A DNA stretch of 64,000 nucleotides from sequence record LC727701.1. One strand, 5' to 3'. Below, in pieces: positions 46,739 to 56,500 of the stretch. Positions within the stretch are counted from its first letter, which is position 1. Every line of letters begins with the position of its first letter. The notes beneath the pieces are model-generated. The model was not told the DNA's origin. It worked only from the letters and a program-made list of their open reading frames with translations, and searched no databases. The position numbers and the translations under genes were made by a program.

Positions 46739-47074
46739 ATGTTTATAGTTGATGATAAGTGTTATAGTTGGTCAAGTACTTCGCACGGTCGTGGGAAAAG
46801 AAGCGAAATAGTTGGAGCAGGTGTTTATGTTATTGAACACATTGCAACTGGGAAGTATTTGGTAGGGCTTTCAAAGACTGTTAGTAATGAAGTTGATAAA
46901 CATATCGCTGCATTACGTAATAATAGTCATCAAAATAAGGCAATGTTAGGTTTAGTACATCGGGACATGGATTTACGTTTATTAGAATATCCCATTAGTA
47001 AGGTTAGTGATCAAAAAGCACTTATTGCTAAGATCCGAGCCACTACTGAACCTAAATATTTAATGCTTAATTAG
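46739..47074 (+). CDS. Stand-alone divergent GIY-YIG domain protein
   Basis: GVYVIEHIATGKYLVG...H...L.NNSH.NKAM; canonical Arg and Glu not evident. Confidence 0.6.
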   Translation: MFIVDDKCYSWSSTSHGRGKRSEIVGAGVYVIEHIATGKYLVGLSKTVSNEVDKHIAALRNNSHQNKAMLGLVHRDMDLRLLEYPISKVSDQKALIAKIRATTEPKYLMLN

Positions 47075-47096
47075 GGAGGGTAATACCTCCCTTTTC
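47073..47096 (+). terminator. Intrinsic terminator
   Basis: AGGGAGG-GTAATA-CCTCCCT-TTT. Confidence 0.75.
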
Positions 47097-47120
47097 TTAT
47101 ATAAGAAAAGGAAATATACA

Positions 47121-47807
47121 ATGAGTAATCCGTTAGTTATCAAATCGGCAAGTGATTTAGTAGAACCAAAAGAGATAGATTACAAAGCACCTATTTTTAA
47201 GGCCAGTCACGAATATGAATCTATTCGTGAGAATAGCAGACAGTTAATTGAAAAGCAAATGAAACTATCCAAAAAACCTTTTGCCGTGGTTGAACGAGAA
47301 GGTGATATTGGTTCCAATGTTGTTTATTACACGTGTGGATGTAATAAAGAAGATCCACTCTTTCCTGAACTGGTGATTACTGCCTGCATTACTAAGGAAT
47401 CGGCAGTAAATACCTTTTACGCCATTTTTGAAAAATTAAAAGAAGTGAAACAGATCACGGGTGGCGTAGAGATTGCAGATTTACTGAGTGCATTTGAAGA
47501 AGATCAACGGATGGGACGCCAACCTAAATTTGGTATTCGCCTAATTGATACTCGTCAATTTGTATATGGTTTTGGTGGTAAACTCCATGCATACTACAAT
47601 ATGGATGACTACTATAACCAATTGCCAATTTGGCAAATTCTCATCAGTGATATCGAAGGATTCCTACCTACCGATAGTGGCTATCTACAAACAGTTTGCC
47701 CGCAGTTTCTTCTAGCCGATAAACCTTTCGGACAAGCTGGTAATATCTATCCTACTGACATTTTTAAAACTATGAAATGTCGTCCTTCTGCAACAGTTAT
47801 TCATTAA
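47121..47807 (+). CDS. Hypothetical protein (228 aa)
   Basis: AAGGA RBS. Confidence 0.8.
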   Translation: MSNPLVIKSASDLVEPKEIDYKAPIFKASHEYESIRENSRQLIEKQMKLSKKPFAVVEREGDIGSNVVYYTCGCNKEDPLFPELVITACITKESAVNTFYAIFEKLKEVKQITGGVEIADLLSAFEEDQRMGRQPKFGIRLIDTRQFVYGFGGKLHAYYNMDDYYNQLPIWQILISDIEGFLPTDSGYLQTVCPQFLLADKPFGQAGNIYPTDIFKTMKCRPSATVIH

Positions 47808-47819
47808 GAGGTTAATATA

Positions 47820-48059
47820 ATGCGTGAGTTTCGTACTGGTCAATATTGTATTACTAAAATTGATATCCCTCATCCAAAACCCAATGCATTAACTGGCCCA
47901 ACTTATTTAACAGCTGGACAGCAGTGCCAAATTATCGTTTATGATCCATCGAAAACACCTTCTACTGGTATTCGTAAAGAAGGTGAAAACTTTGCAATGG
48001 TTTATGTAGACGAATCTGCACTAATTGCTGATCCATCAAAACCGGTTCCAACTCTATGA
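47820..48059 (+). CDS. Small SH3-like protein (79 aa)
   Basis: GAGGT RBS; FRTGQYC...AGQQCQI. Confidence 0.65.
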   Translation: MREFRTGQYCITKIDIPHPKPNALTGPTYLTAGQQCQIIVYDPSKTPSTGIRKEGENFAMVYVDESALIADPSKPVPTL

Positions 48060-48415
48060 TATTTAAATTCTTTGATGTTAATGGAGAGTATGATCCACGT
48101 AACTTGTGGTTGCCCGCTGAACGTCAGCTATATATCTCTATTATTAATCCAGAGGGCCATGAGGTGCTCTGGTATGCTAGAAAACCAGGCACTAATGTAG
48201 CTATGTTGACACCTAAGCGAGATGATTATGAACTTGTAAATTGTTCAAATATTCTGAAGGCTAGGGATGTTCTATTGGTTAATCATGAGGCTGGTTCAGT
48301 AGAAAAAGCATTACGTTATTTTGACTTACCTGTTAAAGGTAAATATAAATTAGCAAGTCGTACATGGGAATGTAGTGAACTATTCACTCTTCAATTTATT
48401 GAATATAATTTTTAA
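48056..48415 (+). CDS. Hypothetical protein (119 aa)
   Basis: ATGA overlap. Confidence 0.75.
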   Translation: MIFKFFDVNGEYDPRNLWLPAERQLYISIINPEGHEVLWYARKPGTNVAMLTPKRDDYELVNCSNILKARDVLLVNHEAGSVEKALRYFDLPVKGKYKLASRTWECSELFTLQFIEYNF

Positions 48416-48429
48416 ATAGGTAATTATAA

Positions 48430-48951
48430 ATGGCTCTTATTTGTGGATATGGTGAAAATGCCGTGCTATTTGGTGGCGATGTTGATGTAGTCGACTATGC
48501 GATGTCTCAAAGAAAATATACCTTAGATAATAAATTCATTATCCGTGGTATTGCTGTTATGAGTGCTGATAAAGAAGCGCGACATAGTTTCTGCCGAGCT
48601 AATAGTGAGCTGTTTCTTAGTCATCGCACAAAAGACTATAATGTAATCACACGACAATTCCAAGAATCGGTTAATAATTATAAAGTGATGGTTTACATTG
48701 TATTCGATGACGAACTAGCCGTCTTTGTACCGAATACACCAATCACTGTACTGAATTATAAAAATAACCCAGATGGAGTTACTGTGATTAATAAAGGTTT
48801 CCGCTATAAACAGAGGGAGAGGCTTAAAGTTCTCATTAAAACATATCACAATGATCTACTGCTATTGGCTAAGAATATTGCAGATAATTCATTGAAAGAT
48901 GTTAATCAACTAACTGTCTTTAAAGACGGAACTACCCAACGGTTTATTTGA
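48430..48951 (+). CDS. Hypothetical protein (173 aa)
   Basis: AGGT RBS. Confidence 0.8.
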   Translation: MALICGYGENAVLFGGDVDVVDYAMSQRKYTLDNKFIIRGIAVMSADKEARHSFCRANSELFLSHRTKDYNVITRQFQESVNNYKVMVYIVFDDELAVFVPNTPITVLNYKNNPDGVTVINKGFRYKQRERLKVLIKTYHNDLLLLAKNIADNSLKDVNQLTVFKDGTTQRFI

Positions 48952-49262
48952 GGTATCTTTACATGACCACTAAACAGCAGCGCATTACCTATCACTATCA
49001 TTGTAAAGGTCTTAAACAGACATATCACCCAGTCATTGGTAAAGATGGGGAATTGAAACTGTCTGTACTTACACCTGATAATATTTATAGTCAATATCCA
49101 TTATACGAGGATGTAGAAGATGAAGCTATCGATAAATTATGCGATCAGGTAGAACTACTACTGAGAAAAGAACTTGTGGGTGTAATTGCTATTAAATATA
49201 ATGTCGATTATCTAGCTACCCCTGGTGAGAAATTAAAAGAAGTATATAGACTCGTAATTTAA
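48948..49262 (+). CDS. Hypothetical protein (start probably MTTKQ)
   Basis: GAGGT RBS before the internal ATG. Confidence 0.7.
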   Translation: MRYLYMTTKQQRITYHYHCKGLKQTYHPVIGKDGELKLSVLTPDNIYSQYPLYEDVEDEAIDKLCDQVELLLRKELVGVIAIKYNVDYLATPGEKLKEVYRLVI

Positions 49263-49275
49263 TAATGGTATAATT

Positions 49276-49295
49276 GCCCTCCTTCGGGAGGGCTT
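49276..49295 (+). terminator. Terminator hairpin
   Basis: GCCCTCC-TTCG-GGAGGGC. Confidence 0.8.
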
Positions 49296-49320
49296 CTATT
49301 TCGTAAAAAGGAAAATACAA

Positions 49321-49761
49321 ATGAAAGCGTTCATCCCAAAATGGCGCCAAGACCCAAATAACGTTGACCATAAGTATGGTTATGAACTGAATGCGTACAC
49401 CTCTGTTTCTGGTACTCGCGTCTTCATCGAACGTCGTGTTGAATACTACAATAAGAAAAAGAAACAATGGTGCGATGAAACAATTCAAGTAATTCATCTT
49501 GGTAAACTGAATTGTTATATTTGGAAACACTATCCAGTTATCAGTTTCAGAGATGTTGGTGTAATCTACGGTCGGTTAGAATTTGATGAACTAAAGAAAG
49601 TAAATAAACTTATTCAGAGTTCAAATTCCGTATCTATTGAACTGATGGAATCTATTTCAAAAGAATATCAGGTTTATATCACAGCTGTAATTAATAACAT
49701 CAAATATGTGTTCAGCCCTGAACGTACTTATGTATCTGATGAGGGTTACGTAGATGACTAA
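49321..49761 (+). CDS. Hypothetical protein (146 aa)
   Basis: AAGGA RBS. Confidence 0.8.
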   Translation: MKAFIPKWRQDPNNVDHKYGYELNAYTSVSGTRVFIERRVEYYNKKKKQWCDETIQVIHLGKLNCYIWKHYPVISFRDVGVIYGRLEFDELKKVNKLIQSSNSVSIELMESISKEYQVYITAVINNIKYVFSPERTYVSDEGYVDD

Positions 49762-50215
49762 AGCAACTACTAATATCGTAATACAAGAGAAGCTTAAAGA
49801 ACTCCGTCATAATAGTGATTGGATGTATTACATGACTTCCCAGTTCACTAACTGGATGTCAATGACTCCAGGTGCACTGAATTATAAAAACAACATGACA
49901 CCAGATGAGTATTACGAGCATCTGGTAACTTGGCGGGTGATGACTGAGGATCTAATCCGAGTTCGTAAATCAATTGGTATCAGTATGTCAGGTATGATTA
50001 GTGATACACTAACACATCTTGATGTAAATGAAGTAATGTGTGAGTTCAGTGTATCAGCTAAACTACGTGTTCATCGCAATCATTGGAAAACCAATATGCT
50101 TTACTTGGGTCTTGACTGCGGTGATCATCTATGGCGTCCTAAAGAACGAGTATTCGTAGTTGGTCAAACGGAATGGTCTCGTTTCCGCGATGCTATTGTC
50201 AATGGTGTTTACTAA
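49754..50215 (+). CDS. Hypothetical protein (153 aa)
   Basis: GAGGG RBS. Confidence 0.8.
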   Translation: MTKATTNIVIQEKLKELRHNSDWMYYMTSQFTNWMSMTPGALNYKNNMTPDEYYEHLVTWRVMTEDLIRVRKSIGISMSGMISDTLTHLDVNEVMCEFSVSAKLRVHRNHWKTNMLYLGLDCGDHLWRPKERVFVVGQTEWSRFRDAIVNGVY

Positions 50216-50247
50216 GTGATTCCTTTATGTATTTAGGATAATTAAAA

Positions 50248-50760
50248 ATGGCAAAAACACTCCGTGTAGTACGTGTCCGTGATGGGATCGTTGATAGTCT
50301 TAATAACGATGGTCTATGGGTTAACAAACATACCTTTTGTATGGAAGAGGTATGGGAAGCCCACAAACAAACAACCCAATTCCAGTCTTACAACTGGGGG
50401 ACTATGTACTTCGTTAGTGAAAATGATGTAGCATGTAATCCATATCCTCATCATCAATACCGTGAAGTATGGATCTGTCAACGAGGTGTGCAACAAAAAC
50501 TAGAACTATGTGAGGATTTAGAATCCGGTATAGTTGGGGATGATCATGTTGTAGTTATTATGACTACCACGGATGGATTAGATTATAGTTTTGTGAGTGG
50601 TGTGTATGGCGACCGTATTAACTACAGTCCTTATTATGGTGATGCCATTTCTATACCTTGTACCAATAATCAAGAAGCAGACGATGTCTATCATATTCTA
50701 GCTAAAATGGCTAATGGCATAAGTCTATCTGTTCCTCTAGTAATGAAGCTGATTAAATAA
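50248..50760 (+). CDS. Hypothetical protein (170 aa)
   Basis: AGGA RBS. Confidence 0.8.
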   Translation: MAKTLRVVRVRDGIVDSLNNDGLWVNKHTFCMEEVWEAHKQTTQFQSYNWGTMYFVSENDVACNPYPHHQYREVWICQRGVQQKLELCEDLESGIVGDDHVVVIMTTTDGLDYSFVSGVYGDRINYSPYYGDAISIPCTNNQEADDVYHILAKMANGISLSVPLVMKLIK

Positions 50761-50767
50761 AGGAGTA

Positions 50768-51133
50768 ATGATTATGGATTATAAATGGCATGATAAGTTC
50801 ATTATAGAAATTATTAGTAAAAGTTGTAAAAAAGATGGAATTGGTAAAAGTTACTTAGTGCGTAAAGATTGGAGAGATGTTAATCAGCGTGATTACGCCA
50901 TTCTATCACGTATTGGTTTCCATGATGCTCTTTTGCTTGATGAACATGAAGTCGAATACTATTTGAACAATGTAGCATTTGATATCGAAAAGGCCGTATG
51001 GGAGTCTGAAGGTAAACCAAAAGATACTGATATGCATATTCGGGCATTGCGCGTAGATATGGATAGCCTATCTAATAGATTCAAGATATATACTGATATA
51101 AAACTAGATATGGATAAGCACCGGAAATCGTAA
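50768..51133 (+). CDS. Hypothetical protein (121 aa)
   Basis: AAGGAG RBS. Confidence 0.8.
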   Translation: MIMDYKWHDKFIIEIISKSCKKDGIGKSYLVRKDWRDVNQRDYAILSRIGFHDALLLDEHEVEYYLNNVAFDIEKAVWESEGKPKDTDMHIRALRVDMDSLSNRFKIYTDIKLDMDKHRKS

Positions 51134-51173
51134 AAGATATCCATCGTATACATTTATTAATAGGAACCTACAA

Positions 51174-51530
51174 ATGCAACTAGATAAAGACAAATTGAAA
51201 GAATTGGTAAATATCATTGAAGAGAATACACGCCTTAAAGGTAAAGTATTCCACCAGGAAACCTACTCCAGTATTCATGGTGAAATAGAGGTTCGCAGTT
51301 ACGCTGGTAATTTCATTTTCTATAAAAATCATACTACTGAACAATATGCAATGTTCAATGTAGAGTTTGACACACATGGTAAGGTAGTTAGATTCATAGC
51401 ACCTGCACTATTACGTGCGACTATTATTTGGGAATTGAACGAAGAACCAGAATACTACAAAATCAACATCGAGCAAATGCTGATCGAAGCAGTAACCAAT
51501 CACTTCAATACTGCCACACTACTACCTTGA
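51174..51530 (+). CDS. Hypothetical protein (118 aa)
   Basis: AGGA RBS. Confidence 0.8.
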   Translation: MQLDKDKLKELVNIIEENTRLKGKVFHQETYSSIHGEIEVRSYAGNFIFYKNHTTEQYAMFNVEFDTHGKVVRFIAPALLRATIIWELNEEPEYYKINIEQMLIEAVTNHFNTATLLP

Positions 51531-51563
51531 AGTTAATTGATAACCATAACCCTTATAAAGCAC

Positions 51564-51616
51564 AGTGGATTTTATATTGTGGATATTATTTATAGTGTCC
51601 ACAATATAGATTCACT
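51564..51616 (+). promoter_or_regulatory. Long (about 21-bp) RNA hairpin upstream of an RBS
   Basis: AGTGGATT/GATTCACT plus TATATTGTGGATA/TGTCCACAATATA; G-U pairs favour the + strand. Confidence 0.55.
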
Positions 51617-51630
51617 AAAAGGAATTTATT

Positions 51631-52146
51631 ATGAATAAACCAGAATTACTTTACCATGGTTCTCTGTATAAACAAGACGAATTAATGCCAGGATTTAAAA
51701 GATCTGGTGAACTTGTTATGTGGGATGGTATTGAGTCTAACCAATACCTATATGCAACGTCATCTGAAAAAGATGCATCTTATTTAGGTATTGGTAGCGC
51801 TATCGAAAAGTTATTTGATAGTGATAGATATGCTACTGTTGATAGGGATATTACGATCTATTGTCAAAATAATATCGATAAAAGCGATATTTTAAAAATG
51901 GTTGTGTATGTTTATACCATTCCATTTAGGGACTCTGACAAATGGATTAAGAATAATAATCCTCACAATAGCATTGATACTGAGTGGATTACGAAAAACA
52001 CTATCCATGATGTTACTGTAAAGAAACTAGATATTGGTGAATTTTTAAAAGGTGCTCGCTTAACTGTCACTAAAGCACCAGTGGATGTTGATCCATTAAA
52101 CATCATGTCACAATACCGTTCAGTAACAGAGCGTTATCTGTTTTAA
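51631..52146 (+). CDS. ADP-ribosyltransferase-fold candidate (Arr-like)
   Basis: LYHGS, YLYATS, YVY, TEW spaced like an H-Y/T-E ART core; inference. Confidence 0.5.
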   Translation: MNKPELLYHGSLYKQDELMPGFKRSGELVMWDGIESNQYLYATSSEKDASYLGIGSAIEKLFDSDRYATVDRDITIYCQNNIDKSDILKMVVYVYTIPFRDSDKWIKNNNPHNSIDTEWITKNTIHDVTVKKLDIGEFLKGARLTVTKAPVDVDPLNIMSQYRSVTERYLF

Positions 52147-52161
52147 TTAAATAGGTTAATT

Positions 52162-52626
52162 ATGTATCACATATCGACAATATACCTTGGGGATTATGTT
52201 TTATTAAGGCCATATATTCCAAGTAATAGAGCTGATGGCGAAGACAGTGTAACCAACCGTATATGTGTGGCTCCATCAGTTATTGAATGTATTGCAGCTA
52301 AAAGCGGGAGTTATGATATCGATCTTAATTTACTTGGTTCTAAATCAACTATTTACGCATACCGAAGTAATTCTACTGACTACATTATAGGAAATGTACC
52401 TGATCAAAAACAATATAGGGAACACTGGTATTTAAAACCAACTTTATTTGCGTATGTTGGCTCTCTGCAATTATTAGAGACTGGGGTGATTAAGGTAAGT
52501 AATGAAGTCGATATGCATTCTAAATTAATGGTATCACATCGGTTAAACTACTTCAATAATATTATTAGTAAAGAAGAACTAATACACCATTGGCATATAG
52601 AGGCTTTATCTATTTTAAATGGTTAG
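52162..52626 (+). CDS. Second ART-fold candidate
   Basis: MYHIS...P..P...ED...RICVAPS...YAY...EHW; inference. Confidence 0.4.
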   Translation: MYHISTIYLGDYVLLRPYIPSNRADGEDSVTNRICVAPSVIECIAAKSGSYDIDLNLLGSKSTIYAYRSNSTDYIIGNVPDQKQYREHWYLKPTLFAYVGSLQLLETGVIKVSNEVDMHSKLMVSHRLNYFNNIISKEELIHHWHIEALSILNG

Positions 52627-52628
52627 AT

Positions 52629-52656
52629 CATAATTTATTTAAGATCTATATTACAA
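52629..52656 (+). promoter_or_regulatory. Class A early promoter
   Basis: CATAATTTATTTAAGATC-TATATTAC at 52647-52654. Confidence 0.7.
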
Positions 52657-52681
52657 GTGTACTATCAATAAACTAATAGGA

Positions 52682-53044
52682 GTGATACAAGTGGATTTTA
52701 TAATTGAAATTATCGATAATCCCAATAGTGATACTGCGTTGTATGTTTATGATTATTGGGGTACCCTAACTACGGTTGTGGGTAATGCAAAAACCCTGGC
52801 AGAAGCATATAGTTTTAAATATTCATCCATTGACAGCATTGAAAAATTAAAAGCTGTCATTGGTAAAAATATCGAATGCATTTTTAAAGAAATGCATGAT
52901 CAATCGAATAAGGTAATTCGTGTTAATATCGTAAAAGTAGATCTAGAGAATAAGATTATTAGTAAGCGCATCGAAATTGTAAAAAGCTATAGTGTTATCA
53001 ATAGTGATGGTGAACTTATTCTAATCACAGATGTAGTACGGTAA
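52682..53044 (+). CDS. Hypothetical early protein (GTG start)
   Basis: AGGA RBS. Confidence 0.7.
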   Translation: MIQVDFIIEIIDNPNSDTALYVYDYWGTLTTVVGNAKTLAEAYSFKYSSIDSIEKLKAVIGKNIECIFKEMHDQSNKVIRVNIVKVDLENKIISKRIEIVKSYSVINSDGELILITDVVR

Positions 53045-53085
53045 TTGAATAAATAATTCATTAATTTAACATAGGTGATATAACC

Positions 53086-53922
53086 ATGGCACGTCGTTCT
53101 AATAAAATTCGTATTGGTTTTAACGTATCGCTTAAAGCGCTTGAACGAAATGGATCTGATGTAATTAAACTACATGATGACATCATATCTTGTTTTAGTG
53201 AACTATATCAAAATTACGTAAAAATTGATACAACTACTGACAAAGATGACAAATCACTAAAACAAGGCATTATTGATGTCGTGGTGTATGTCGATCTAAA
53301 TACAGCGAACCAAGCCATTCGTTTTAAAGGTATTAGTGATCTGGTAAACCATCTACAGTTTAATGTAATGGCGAATGATGTTATCGTCGATACAAGTGAA
53401 TATATTCAGCCTAGCCATATGTCATATATCGAAGATGGTCACCTGAATATGTTAGTGCGTCGAGAAGGTAAAGAGGTTATCAAAACCATTTTCACTGATG
53501 AATATGGTGTTGATCCACTAGTTAATAATGGATCAATAGGAGATGGATGTAGTGTTTCCGGGATCTATCTAATCGGTGAAGAAAATCGGGTTAATAAACT
53601 AACACGTATTGTTTCTAACAACATTCGCAACGGAGAGTTTAATTTCAAGACAGAAGTAAATATCCGTAAATTCTATTGGAGTGTACTCGGAAAACCAAGT
53701 GCGCTATTTAATGAAATATGGAACCGTAATGGTTTCTATGTGGATGTACTTATTAAGCTAACCAATGGCAAAGTTTATAGTTATGCTAAGAATGGTTTTG
53801 TTGGTGGACCTACTGAACTAGAATTCCATTATTATGGTGTAACTGATCGAGAAAATTGGGATAATGCATCCGACAATTTCCTATATCAGGAATTCGAGCA
53901 ACACTGGTCTGTAAAAATCTAA
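53086..53922 (+). CDS. Hypothetical protein (278 aa)
   Basis: AGGTG RBS; C-terminal half resembles the next gene. Confidence 0.8.
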   Translation: MARRSNKIRIGFNVSLKALERNGSDVIKLHDDIISCFSELYQNYVKIDTTTDKDDKSLKQGIIDVVVYVDLNTANQAIRFKGISDLVNHLQFNVMANDVIVDTSEYIQPSHMSYIEDGHLNMLVRREGKEVIKTIFTDEYGVDPLVNNGSIGDGCSVSGIYLIGEENRVNKLTRIVSNNIRNGEFNFKTEVNIRKFYWSVLGKPSALFNEIWNRNGFYVDVLIKLTNGKVYSYAKNGFVGGPTELEFHYYGVTDRENWDNASDNFLYQEFEQHWSVKI

Positions 53923-53927
53923 TATAT

Positions 53928-53958
53928 AAAGGGTTCTTCGGAGCCCTTTATTTTTTTC
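53928..53958 (+). terminator. Intrinsic terminator
   Basis: AAAGGGTTC-TTCG-GAGCCCTTT plus T run. Confidence 0.85.
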
Positions 53959-53979
53959 TTTATTTGGCAGGAATATAAA

Positions 53980-54765
53980 ATGCATCGTCGAACTATGTAC
54001 AGATTTAGCTTATCATATTCCAATAAACTTATTAATAATAACCCACTTGGCTTTACAGTCGAGAGTTATCTTGAAAGCTGGTTTGACAAACTCAAGTGCC
54101 GATTAACTAAAGGTTATACCAAAAGCCATGCTATTCATTTTCGTGGAAGTTGGAAATACTTTGAGTTAGATCAATATAAGAACAATGCTTTCTTCAATCA
54201 ATATCACATGGTGATGCAGTCACTAGAGGATCTAGAAAGAAAGATTAGTGGGGTGATTGGGTTAAGTATCAAAATCACTAAACCAGAACGACATTTATTT
54301 CATGTTCTATTTAACCATGAAAAGATTATTCTATCCCCTAATGGCATTATCTTTGATGTACGTGTTCCAAAACACACCGTGATAGCTAATCCTGAAGTTA
54401 TGGGATATCGTAATTGCAATGTAGATAGACTGGCGGTATTTGGCGAGCGCTCTAAAGTTAACTATGTGGTTAAACAAGTACGTTATGCCTTAAAGCAGAA
54501 AGGGGTGACAACTGTTGCCAATAGTTCAATGGCTCGTTTTTTACATGACCTATTTCATCCAAAATACAGAGACAATCAAATTTATAACTACGGCATGACT
54601 ATGTCTGATGTTTATGTAATGGCCGTATTCAAAAATGGGTATACGGAAATCTATGGTAAAGATGTAGGTGAAGTATTTGAAAGTCATACTCTAGATTTCC
54701 TAGAGCGTGAGTACATGATCTGTGGACAATATTTTCCCATGTTATCCAGAGGGCTGCTAGTATGA
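53980..54765 (+). CDS. Hypothetical protein (261 aa)
   Basis: AGGA RBS. Confidence 0.8.
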   Translation: MHRRTMYRFSLSYSNKLINNNPLGFTVESYLESWFDKLKCRLTKGYTKSHAIHFRGSWKYFELDQYKNNAFFNQYHMVMQSLEDLERKISGVIGLSIKITKPERHLFHVLFNHEKIILSPNGIIFDVRVPKHTVIANPEVMGYRNCNVDRLAVFGERSKVNYVVKQVRYALKQKGVTTVANSSMARFLHDLFHPKYRDNQIYNYGMTMSDVYVMAVFKNGYTEIYGKDVGEVFESHTLDFLEREYMICGQYFPMLSRGLLV

Positions 54766-56288
54766 TTATAGAGACCTTATTGCAATATTACGCCATGTTC
54801 ATCGACATCTCTCAAAAGAATATGGTGATGGGTGGTGCGATTGGTATGGCGATTGGTGGTGTATTATGGACCACTATCCGAGGTCTACCAAGTAAGATAG
54901 TTAGATTCACATTAAATCAATTTACAGTTAGTTTACATATCACTAATACTGGTAATGGTTTAAATGAGAAAAACTTTGACTCATTTATGGAGTGGTATAT
55001 TAAACAACCATTAGCTGGATTTAATCGCCGTTTTTCAACCAACGTTGATGAGCAAAGTTATAGTGCAACTAAACAGAAAATTGGTGTTGGTTTTGGCTTA
55101 CATTTCTTTCTGTTTAAAGGTAGGTTATTCTGGTTTGTAAAAGCACGCCGGGATAGCCAAAATGCCAGTCGAGACCAGATGGACATTACTATCCGTGGAT
55201 TATCTAGAAGTAGTAAACTTATTATTGATTTAGTTGATGCGTACCACTGGCGTCCAAATGAAATGGGTCTTACTATCTCACATTGGGATGGTAATCGCTG
55301 GGGTAATGAAATCGAAGTTACTAAACGCGATATCAACACGGTGATTTTGCGTAAAGAGATCAAAGAAGAATTCCTTAATAAGATTGAAGAATTCTATTCT
55401 GATCGGAAATGGTACGATGATCGTGGACTACCCTATAAATTCACTTGTGTTCTAACAGGTCCTCCTGGTACTGGTAAAACCTCAATCAGTAAAGCGATTG
55501 CCTCACATTTTAATAAAAATGTTAGTGCACTGTCATTAGCCTCTATGACCAATGATAGTCTTAGGCGGGCATTTACTACACTACCTAAAGGTAATATTCT
55601 TCTAATTGAAGATTTCGATGATACCCCGGCAGTTAAAGATCGTGTTTTAAATGATCCTGTAAAACTAGATAAAGAGATAAAGGAATTAGAGAGGAAATAT
55701 TCTTTTATTGATTTAATTGAAAAATATCCGTCTGCATGGGTTGATCTTAAAGATGACTATGAAGGATACTCTGTAGTTGGGTTTAATGACACCATCTATA
55801 TCTTTGATGAAAATAGCGATGATCAAGGTTTTGGGATAAGTGCTTATGCTATGGCTGAACTGGGTGTTTCAAAATGGGCCGATGAAAAAGATCCATTATT
55901 TACCACAATTCGCCGATGGTGGAAATTAAAGAAGTGCATGAAGAATGGAATCACGTATGAACAACCAGCTAGCGGATTAACTTTGTCAGCTCTATTAAAT
56001 GGGCTAGATGGCATTGTTCCACTAGATGAGACTATGACCATTCTAACTACAAACCATCCTGAGAATATTGATAAAGCACTTCTAAGGAAAGGTCGCGTTG
56101 ATTACATGGTGGAGATTCCATATCTACGAGATCAAGAAGTTAGGGAGTATATTAAACTAATGTTCCCTGACTTCGATATTCCTGAAGATATCAGATTTAA
56201 AGATCAGCCAGGGTGTGATGTAATGGCGGCTTTTTCAAATAACCGTTATGACCCTAATGCTTTTATCAATAGTCTATTGAAATATTAA
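54762..56288 (+). CDS. BCS1-like membrane-anchored AAA+ ATPase
   Basis: N-terminal TM, BCS1_N-like GFGLHFFLFKGR segment, GPPGTGKTS, LIEDFD, LTLSALLNGLDG, TTNHPE.IDKALLRKGRVD. Confidence 0.85.
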   Translation: MIIETLLQYYAMFIDISQKNMVMGGAIGMAIGGVLWTTIRGLPSKIVRFTLNQFTVSLHITNTGNGLNEKNFDSFMEWYIKQPLAGFNRRFSTNVDEQSYSATKQKIGVGFGLHFFLFKGRLFWFVKARRDSQNASRDQMDITIRGLSRSSKLIIDLVDAYHWRPNEMGLTISHWDGNRWGNEIEVTKRDINTVILRKEIKEEFLNKIEEFYSDRKWYDDRGLPYKFTCVLTGPPGTGKTSISKAIASHFNKNVSALSLASMTNDSLRRAFTTLPKGNILLIEDFDDTPAVKDRVLNDPVKLDKEIKELERKYSFIDLIEKYPSAWVDLKDDYEGYSVVGFNDTIYIFDENSDDQGFGISAYAMAELGVSKWADEKDPLFTTIRRWWKLKKCMKNGITYEQPASGLTLSALLNGLDGIVPLDETMTILTTNHPENIDKALLRKGRVDYMVEIPYLRDQEVREYIKLMFPDFDIPEDIRFKDQPGCDVMAAFSNNRYDPNAFINSLLKY

Positions 56289-56311
56289 TATACTAAAAAG
56301 GAATCTGTAAA

Positions 56312-56500
56312 ATGAGTCTACTCAACATTCTAAATACCGTTGCGGCTGCTAATGGTAGGGAAGTAGATGATTTTAATATCACCTATTTAAACGATACGGA
56401 TGTGTCATCTAGTTATACCTCATTTCGATATCGGTATGTTGATGAGGATCGTATTGCACATATTTTCATTGTTTCTGAAAAAATCGAACAGGTTCGCTAA
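56312..56500 (+). CDS. Hypothetical protein (62 aa)
   Basis: AAGGA RBS. Confidence 0.75.
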   Translation: MSLLNILNTVAAANGREVDDFNITYLNDTDVSSSYTSFRYRYVDEDRIAHIFIVSEKIEQVR

